From positions 544,001-608,000 of the forward strand of contig OY764265.1 of NCBI GenBank assembly GCA_963668355.1: a DNA stretch of 64,000 nt, read 5' to 3'. The notes below the pieces were generated by a model. It had not been told where the DNA came from. It saw nothing but the letters and a program-made list of their open reading frames with translations, and ran no database searches. This DNA comes from Bdellovibrionota bacterium. GTDB lineage: Bacteria; Bdellovibrionota_G; JALEGL01; DATDPG01. Below, one piece after another: positions 57,754 to 64,000 of the stretch. The translations under genes were made by a program, and so were the position numbers. Within the stretch, counting starts at the first letter, position 1. Each line of letters begins with the position of its first letter.

Positions 57754-58986
57754 ATGGCGGATGTTCATCCTTTTCGAGGCCTTCACTACAATTTCAAAAA
57801 CAAGAGTGAAATGGAAACCCTCTTGGCTCCTCCCTTTGATTTGATTCCATACGATCAAAGGCAAAAACTGCTTTCGCTCAACTCTCGGAATGTGGTCCGG
57901 CTCATTCTGGGAGACATTTCCACATTTCCCCCAAACACTTCTCCAAAAATGCTGCATGAAGAATCGGCAGCCCTTATGAATCGCTGGAAAGAGGAGAGGG
58001 TGTTGGTTCAAGACGAAGCCCCTTCCATGTATTTGATTGAAGATCATTTTTCTTGGGGCGGAGAAACTTATATCCGAAAAGGATTGTTTTTAACGGTTTC
58101 CCTTGAGCCCTTGGGAAAAGGAAAGATTTTACCTCACGAACAAACCCTACAAGGCCCCATAAGAGAACGTTTCGGCCTCCTTGAGAACACGCTCGCGCAC
58201 CTTAGTCCCGTGTTCATGACCTTTCACGATCAAACAAATGACTTTCAGTCTTTTCTCACAAATGACCTCAAACTTAAGTTGATGACCGACTTCGTCGACC
58301 AAAACACGCAAACCCGTCATCGCCTTCATCAGATCTTCGACGAAACCTCCCTCAAAGCCATTCAGAACTATTTCCACGATCATTCCTTTTTAATTGCCGA
58401 TGGACATCATCGATACACAACGGCCTTCGAATTTAGCCAAAAACATCCTGAATTGGCTGAAGCCCATCGAATGATGATTTGTCTGGTTTCTTCTTCGGAT
58501 CCAGGCTTGATCCTGGGATCGATCCACCGCGGAATTCAAACCTCCCTTTCCCAAACCGACATTTTCGAAAAACTTTCCTCCATGGCTACCATCGAACCCA
58601 TGACCCCCTCTTGGAGGGCGTTTGAAAAATCGGAGGCCCCTCTGGCAATATTGGGAAGAAATCAAGCGTGGAGCATCAGCCCCCATGATCATTCAAGAGA
58701 TGACCTGCACCATTCTCCCACGCACTTATTCAATGAAATGATTTTGGATCGCATCTTAAATCTAAATGTCGCGACAGATGATTTTCTCCAGACCGTCTCT
58801 CTCCTCCATAGCCCCGAAGAAGCACTGAAAGCAGGAGAACAAGAAGCTCAGTTTGGGTTTTGGCTCAAGCCCATGACCATTCCGGAAGTCATGACGGTCG
58901 CCCAAAAAGGATTTCGCCTTCCGCAAAAAGCGACCTTCTTTTGGCCCAAAATCATGAGCGGCCTTCTCTTCCATTCCCTGGACTAG
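57754..58986 (+). CDS. DUF1015 family protein
   Basis: PFRGLHY, APPFD, ILPHEQT, IADGHHRY, LPQKATFFWPK. Confidence 0.9.
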   Translation: MADVHPFRGLHYNFKNKSEMETLLAPPFDLIPYDQRQKLLSLNSRNVVRLILGDISTFPPNTSPKMLHEESAALMNRWKEERVLVQDEAPSMYLIEDHFSWGGETYIRKGLFLTVSLEPLGKGKILPHEQTLQGPIRERFGLLENTLAHLSPVFMTFHDQTNDFQSFLTNDLKLKLMTDFVDQNTQTRHRLHQIFDETSLKAIQNYFHDHSFLIADGHHRYTTAFEFSQKHPELAEAHRMMICLVSSSDPGLILGSIHRGIQTSLSQTDIFEKLSSMATIEPMTPSWRAFEKSEAPLAILGRNQAWSISPHDHSRDDLHHSPTHLFNEMILDRILNLNVATDDFLQTVSLLHSPEEALKAGEQEAQFGFWLKPMTIPEVMTVAQKGFRLPQKATFFWPKIMSGLLFHSLD

Positions 58987-59010
58987 CCCTCAGGCTATAT
59001 CTATAACCCG

Positions 59011-59141
59011 AGAAGGAACCACTCAACGCCTCGTTCTGGACAAAACCGATACCTCGGGGGAGGTTCCCTCCCCCCCGGACCTTCGGTCCGGCTCCCCCCC
59101 ACACGGTTTTGCTCAGAACGAGGCATTTCGCGTTTCCTTCT
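59011..59141. repeat. Branched palindromic element (MITE/REPIN-like) between convergent genes
   Basis: 19/21-matching inverted arms at 59028-59048 and 59104-59124; two inner hairpins with TTC loops; outer AGAAGGAA/TTCCTTCT. Confidence 0.7.
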
Positions 59142-59237
59142 TATTTGTAAATTTTAATAAGTGAAAACATTCCCTGTCCCAGAAACAAAAGCGTTCAAGG
59201 GTGGCGGGCAGAAAATCGGTTTTTTCATTTCCCAGTT

Positions 59238-60215
59238 TTAGGAAAAGTACTTTTGAAAATTTTTGGCAAAGTAGGTCAAAATTCGATCTGCACCCGCACG
59301 TTTGATGGATGTGAGCATCTCTCGAACCGCAGGCTCTTCTTTGATCCACCCTTTTTCAGCAGCCGCTTTGATCATGGCAAACTCACCGCTGACGTTATAA
59401 GCAAACACAGGCACATCATACGTAAGCTTTGTCTCATGAATGATATCCAAATAGGCCAAAGCAGGCTTGATCATCACCATGTCGGCCCCCTCCTGAAGAT
59501 CGGCTCCAATCTCTCTCAAAGCCTCTCGCTGATTTCGAGGATCCATTTGATATCCCTGTCGATCTCCTTTTTGAGGCGCACAATCAGTCGCATCCCGAAA
59601 AGGACCGTAAAAGGAAGAGGCGTATTTGGCCGAGTAAGAAAGAATTGGGATATGCGAAAATCCCTTCTCATCCAAGGTTTGTCGAATGGCCCAAACTCGA
59701 CCATCCATCATATCGGAGGGCGCAACCACATCCGCACCCGCCTGAGCATGAGATAAGGCTACTTGGGAAAGCACCTCCAACGATGCATCGTTATCAATAT
59801 CGTCCTCACCCATCACACCACAATGCCCCGTATCCGTATACGCACACAGACACACATCCGAAATGACTGAAATATGTGGATAATTCTTTTTGATGAAACG
59901 GATGGCCTCTTGCGCAGAGCCCTGACTCGCATAGGCTCCAGAAGCTTTTCCATCTTTCTTCGAAGAGTCTGGCATTCCAAAAACAATTACAGAACCCACC
60001 TTAGCCTCCGCCAAGGCATCCATCTCTTGACTCAGAAGATCGACAGACCAACGAAAAATGCCTTCCATGGACGGAATGGGAATCTGCTGTCCCTTTCCAT
60101 CTTGAACAAAAATGGGTTGAATCAAATCCTCAATGCCAACCGATGTCTCAGCCACAAGATCCCGAAGTTGGGAAGTTCGACGCAGACGTCTACCCCTGAA
60201 GAATTGATGATCCAT
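59238..60215 (-). CDS. hemB: Porphobilinogen synthase (Zn-type)
   Basis: RRLR, DVCLCAYTDTGHC, APSDMMDGR, SAKYASSFYGPFRDA, MIKPA, YNVSGE. Confidence 0.97.
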   Translation of the reverse strand: MDHQFFRGRRLRRTSQLRDLVAETSVGIEDLIQPIFVQDGKGQQIPIPSMEGIFRWSVDLLSQEMDALAEAKVGSVIVFGMPDSSKKDGKASGAYASQGSAQEAIRFIKKNYPHISVISDVCLCAYTDTGHCGVMGEDDIDNDASLEVLSQVALSHAQAGADVVAPSDMMDGRVWAIRQTLDEKGFSHIPILSYSAKYASSFYGPFRDATDCAPQKGDRQGYQMDPRNQREALREIGADLQEGADMVMIKPALAYLDIIHETKLTYDVPVFAYNVSGEFAMIKAAAEKGWIKEEPAVREMLTSIKRAGADRILTYFAKNFQKYFS

Positions 60216-61011
60216 TTTGCTTTTTCCTTTCATAATCAACCATAGATCGCACCAGGTCTTCTCCGCTGGGCGTCTCGGCCACGACCGTAGCCTCCAAGCC
60301 CCATTCTTGCAAGGTTCCTTGCGTAACTTTCCCAATGGCCGCAATCCGAATGGAAGCCTCTTGAAACCATGAGGCCATTTTTTCTTTCGAAGCGACTTCC
60401 ATCAAAGAACGTACGGCAGACCCCGAAGCAAACGTAAACCAATCCACGCTTTCTTGATCCCTCATTAACTTTTGAATCTGGCTTTGGCCCAAAGGATCTG
60501 AAACCGTTTCATATACGGAAATCTGGGAGACCTTCGCTCCTTCTTGCTCCAAGCCCTCAATCAAAACGCTCCGCCCTTCCTTGGCTCGGGGAAACAAAAT
60601 CTTTTTCCCTTTCACAGAAACCTTCTTCAGAATTTCATCGCGCAACTCTTCTGCGGCATGGGCATTCTTCGGGACGATGTCCACTTTCAAACCATATCTT
60701 TCCAATTCTTCAGCCGTTTTCAAACCGATTGCCGCAATCAACGCTCTGGAAAAACTCGAAACAGCGTTTTGCTGTTTCACGCGTTCCACAAAAAAGCGAA
60801 CGGTGTTTCGACTTGTAAAAACCATCACCGAGAAAAGAGACAGGTTTGAAATCGCACGGTCCACTTCTGACCAATCTCCAGGAGGATTGGTTTTGATGAG
60901 TGGAATTTCAAGGGGCTCGGCCTTTTCCTTGCGCAATAAATGTTTCAATTCGGCCATTTGGCTTGAAGAACGAGTCAGAACAACCTTCTTCCCTGCCAAT
61001 GGAAAGCTCAA
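60190..61011 (-). CDS. hemD: Uroporphyrinogen-III synthase
   Basis: VVLTR, VFTSRNTV, AIGLKTA, VYET, FASGSAV. Confidence 0.9.
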   Translation of the reverse strand: MSFPLAGKKVVLTRSSSQMAELKHLLRKEKAEPLEIPLIKTNPPGDWSEVDRAISNLSLFSVMVFTSRNTVRFFVERVKQQNAVSSFSRALIAAIGLKTAEELERYGLKVDIVPKNAHAAEELRDEILKKVSVKGKKILFPRAKEGRSVLIEGLEQEGAKVSQISVYETVSDPLGQSQIQKLMRDQESVDWFTFASGSAVRSLMEVASKEKMASWFQEASIRIAAIGKVTQGTLQEWGLEATVVAETPSGEDLVRSMVDYERKKQNGSSILQG

Positions 61012-61934
61012 ACAGCAAACCCCTTTTTCAGAAAAGATAAAATCTCGGCACCCCCTTGGGCAAGCAACTCATCCGCCATTTTTTCGGCAAGGACCTGTGA
61101 ATCCTCCCAGTCTGATTGATCCTCAATCTCAATGTACTTTGAACCGTCCGGCATCGACACAAAACATTTCATATGGAGAGAGTCACCACCATCTGTGGCA
61201 AAACAACCCATGGGAACTCGACACCCTCCCTCGACTTTTGCCATGAAGGTTCGATAGGCCATCGCCAACACATGCTTTCGAGAATCATTACAGGCGTTGA
61301 CAATCCTTTTCACCTCTTGATCTCCATCCCGAGAGGTTATCGCCAGCATGCCTTGACCAATGGCAGGAATAAACACGTTTGGGTCCAAATACTGCGTCAC
61401 CTGATCCTCAAATCCCATCCGCAAAATGCCGGCCGCGGCCAAAATAATGGCATCATAATCCCCACTTCTTAGTCGCCCCAATCTCGTATCCAAATTTCCT
61501 CGCAAAGGAGCAAGGTTTAACTGGGGGAAATGCTTTCCAACCAGAGCTTGACGGCGAAGGCTGCTGGTGCCTACCACGCTTTCTTCTGCGAGTTCATCCA
61601 ATTTCCGCCCATTCCTTGAGATCACGACATCTCGTCCATCAACACATCCAGTAATGGCAGAAAGAAGAATCCCTTGCGGAAGTTCCGACGGAAGATCTTT
61701 TAAGCTGTGAACCGCCAAATCAATCGTTCCATTGAGAAGGGCATCATCCAGCTCCTTGGTAAAAATTCCCTTGGTGCCAATTTCTCCAAACTTGGCGCTC
61801 ATATTCTGGTCACCCGTGGTGGTCAACTGAACCAGCTCGAATGAAGAATTTGGATGTTTCTCTCGAAGATGCTGTTCAACCCATTTTGTTTGGCTGACCG
61901 CCAAACGACTGGCCCTCGTTCCAATTTTGATCAT
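61008..61934 (-). CDS. hemC: Hydroxymethylbilane synthase
   Basis: IGTRASRLA, KGIFTKE, VHSLKD, GTSSLRR, RGNLDTR, GGCRVP. Confidence 0.96.
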   Translation of the reverse strand: MIKIGTRASRLAVSQTKWVEQHLREKHPNSSFELVQLTTTGDQNMSAKFGEIGTKGIFTKELDDALLNGTIDLAVHSLKDLPSELPQGILLSAITGCVDGRDVVISRNGRKLDELAEESVVGTSSLRRQALVGKHFPQLNLAPLRGNLDTRLGRLRSGDYDAIILAAAGILRMGFEDQVTQYLDPNVFIPAIGQGMLAITSRDGDQEVKRIVNACNDSRKHVLAMAYRTFMAKVEGGCRVPMGCFATDGGDSLHMKCFVSMPDGSKYIEIEDQSDWEDSQVLAEKMADELLAQGGAEILSFLKKGFAV

Positions 61935-63235
61935 CTCTTCTCTTCCTTTTTCTCTTCTCCGGAAGAAAGTGAAAACAACTTTTCCAACAAAACCGTCTTC
62001 TCCTCAAGTGTATGAGACGAATTCGAATCTTTGAGAAAGTGTATGGGACCATGGAGAAGCTTTCGAACCAAAGCGGACGTCAAAGCCTCAACCTCTCCTC
62101 TTAAAGGTTCCGAAAGACTTTCGGCTCTCCTTTCAAACCGGCTCACTTCTGACCGACGCATGACTTCACATTTTTCGATAAGTTTTGCAAGAACTGGATC
62201 GGCTTGCATGACCTGCGAGGTCTCCATAAACCGACTCATTTCTTCTTGCACAATTTTTTCAGCTTTGTCTGCCTCATGAACACGTAAATCCATGTTCTCT
62301 TTCACAACGGCTTTCAAATCATCAATGTTATACAGGTAAACATCTTCAAGCTCGTGTGCGGAGGGATCGACATTGCGGGGAACAGAAATATCGATAAAAA
62401 AGATGGGGCGCTGGCGTCGTTTTTTCATGAGAGACTCAACCATTGCCTTCTTCACAAGGTACTCTCTGGAGGCTGTTGAAACAATCACAACATCGACATC
62501 TTCCAAATATCCTTCGAATCGATTCAACTCTAGAGGAATCCCTTTAAACTCCTTAGCCAAATCCACCGCTCGATCATAGGATCGATTGGCAAAGAGCAAC
62601 TCCTGGACTCCCTTTTGAGTCAGGTGGCGTGCCGCAAGCTCAGCCATTTCCCCAGCTCCTAAAAGCATCACCTTCCGTCCCTCCAGTCGACCGAAAATGC
62701 GTTGAGCCAAATCTACGGCCGTTGAACTGACCGAAACCGCCTGTTTTCCGATATCCGTTTCGGTTCGCACCCGCTTAGCGACGGAAAAGGCCTTTCGCGT
62801 AAGTCTTTCAAAAAAAGGATCCAAGAGAGCCTGTTCGCGTGCCCAGGTCACCGCTTCCTTCACTTGGCCCAATATTTGAGGTTCACCCACAATCATAGAG
62901 TCCAAGCTGGAGGCCACTCGAAACAAATGGGTGACCGCATCTTTGTTCTCTTTGCGATACAAATACGACTGCATTTTTTGAAAATCTTCCGAAACAAGAT
63001 TCAAAAAAACATCTTCGGCTTCGGGAAAAAGTTCTGACGAGGGTTTCCCAGACAAGTACAGTTCAACCCGGTTGCAGGTAGATAGAAGAAATCCGGAACT
63101 CTTCTTTCGTGTTCTTAAAAATTCTTGAAGAATCTCTTTGGAACAAAGTTGACCAAAATCCACCTTTTCACGGACTTCAATCGGAGTGCTTTCATGACTA
63201 ATCCCGATTAGGACCAGATCCACGCAAACCTCCAC
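61931..63235 (-). CDS. hemA: Glutamyl-tRNA reductase (start possibly 63223)
   Basis: STCNRVE, SSLDSMIVGEPQILGQVK, GAGEMA, DISVPRN. Confidence 0.96.
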   Translation of the reverse strand: MEVCVDLVLIGISHESTPIEVREKVDFGQLCSKEILQEFLRTRKKSSGFLLSTCNRVELYLSGKPSSELFPEAEDVFLNLVSEDFQKMQSYLYRKENKDAVTHLFRVASSLDSMIVGEPQILGQVKEAVTWAREQALLDPFFERLTRKAFSVAKRVRTETDIGKQAVSVSSTAVDLAQRIFGRLEGRKVMLLGAGEMAELAARHLTQKGVQELLFANRSYDRAVDLAKEFKGIPLELNRFEGYLEDVDVVIVSTASREYLVKKAMVESLMKKRRQRPIFFIDISVPRNVDPSAHELEDVYLYNIDDLKAVVKENMDLRVHEADKAEKIVQEEMSRFMETSQVMQADPVLAKLIEKCEVMRRSEVSRFERRAESLSEPLRGEVEALTSALVRKLLHGPIHFLKDSNSSHTLEEKTVLLEKLFSLSSGEEKKEEKR

Positions 63236-64000
63236 ACTTCTCGAATTGCGTAGGAAGCATCACGCGAGACAAAAAGAACCGCCGTCCCCCAAAACGTCAC
63301 CATCAACAGGAAGAATCCGACCACCATAAAAAAGAAAAAGCGGGCCCCCCGCCAACCAAAGACACCTCTAAAGACCAACAATAAAACGTACCAAGCCCAC
63401 GTGAGGGTCGTCAGAATAAACTTTGGATCTGAAATCCAATTCGTGGCCCAAACCGAATGAGCCAAATAAATCCCTGAGATCATTCCCAATGAAAGTGCAA
63501 CCGCTCCGAGAATTACCGAACGAATGGCAACACGATCTAAAGCTTCCAAGGAGGGAAGAAGCCTCAACCATTGGCTGAAACGTTTGTGTTTCAAATCTCG
63601 TTGAGCCAAAAGGTAAAAAAGGCCCGAAACAAAAGCGATTACAAAACTTGCGATGGCAAGAAACAACACCAAGACATGCGCTGAAAAAACCAGGGCATTC
63701 CCCAACGAAAGTGTGGGCAATGTGCGTTCCGGAAGAAACACGGCCGAAATGGCACTGAGAACGCCGGTACCACCCAACACGCCACAAAGGCCCAAAAACC
63801 GGGGGAGCCTCGCCAGATATAAGGCTGCAATGATCAAAGCAAATCCAAGCAAAGCAAAAGAGTCTTCTGCACCTGAAAAAGGCATGATGCCTGCTTTCCA
63901 CGCACGAACGTATCCCACCGACAATGCCAGACCCAAACAAAACGCTCCAGCGCGCAGAATATGGGTAAACCCTTTGGCCTCAGTGGAAGATCGAATCCAG
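63208..64000 (-). CDS. CcsA/HemX-like cytochrome c assembly membrane protein; 5' end outside the window
   Basis: HVLVLFL, LPSLEALD, W...DPK...WAWY; the frame stays open to the window edge; upstream of hemA. Confidence 0.82.
   Translation of the reverse strand, partial: WIRSSTEAKGFTHILRAGAFCLGLALSVGYVRAWKAGIMPFSGAEDSFALLGFALIIAALYLARLPRFLGLCGVLGGTGVLSAISAVFLPERTLPTLSLGNALVFSAHVLVLFLAIASFVIAFVSGLFYLLAQRDLKHKRFSQWLRLLPSLEALDRVAIRSVILGAVALSLGMISGIYLAHSVWATNWISDPKFILTTLTWAWYVLLLVFRGVFGWRGARFFFFMVVGFFLLMVTFWGTAVLFVSRDASYAIREVWRFAWIWS

Overview
A bacterial chromosomal window of intermediate GC. The gene set suggests a Bdellovibrionota/Deltaproteobacteria-like organism (inference): many sigma54 promoters, Tad genes, TPR and zinc-ribbon proteins, a MYXO-CTERM-like tail, alr-mlaEFD and ccsA-hemACDB. 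Most of the window is housekeeping: OprF-like OmpA, pirin, NupC, tRNA-Leu(TAA), NSS symporter, LivK, Na+-PPase, yqgE, rlmD, APC permease, the lpoB cluster, an S8 protease, gatCAB, mtnA, glnE, ilvE, ymdB, zapA, ftsY, an NtrC-like regulator, khpA, ssb, alr, mlaEFD, purH/D/E, tsaC, DUF1015 and the hem genes. Orphan exported proteins are interspersed, several directly behind -24/-12 promoters. The most notable observations are: (1) a sigma54-driven two-gene cassette next to a minimal Tad locus, encoding a signal-peptide GGDEF protein with no internal TM segment and a signal-peptide protein with a caspase-clan-like His/Cys pattern, a candidate exported-effector system; (2) a GatB with intact catalytic motifs but no C-terminal tRNA-binding region; (3) a tRNA-Leu bracketed by a perfect 21-bp inverted repeat and followed by a ~95-bp REP-like insert and a duplicate of the tRNA 3' end; (4) a branched hairpin element with TTC/GAA triloops near 59.1 kb. 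No CRISPR array, rRNA, integrase or transposase was seen. All calls come from visual motif recognition; no searches were run.
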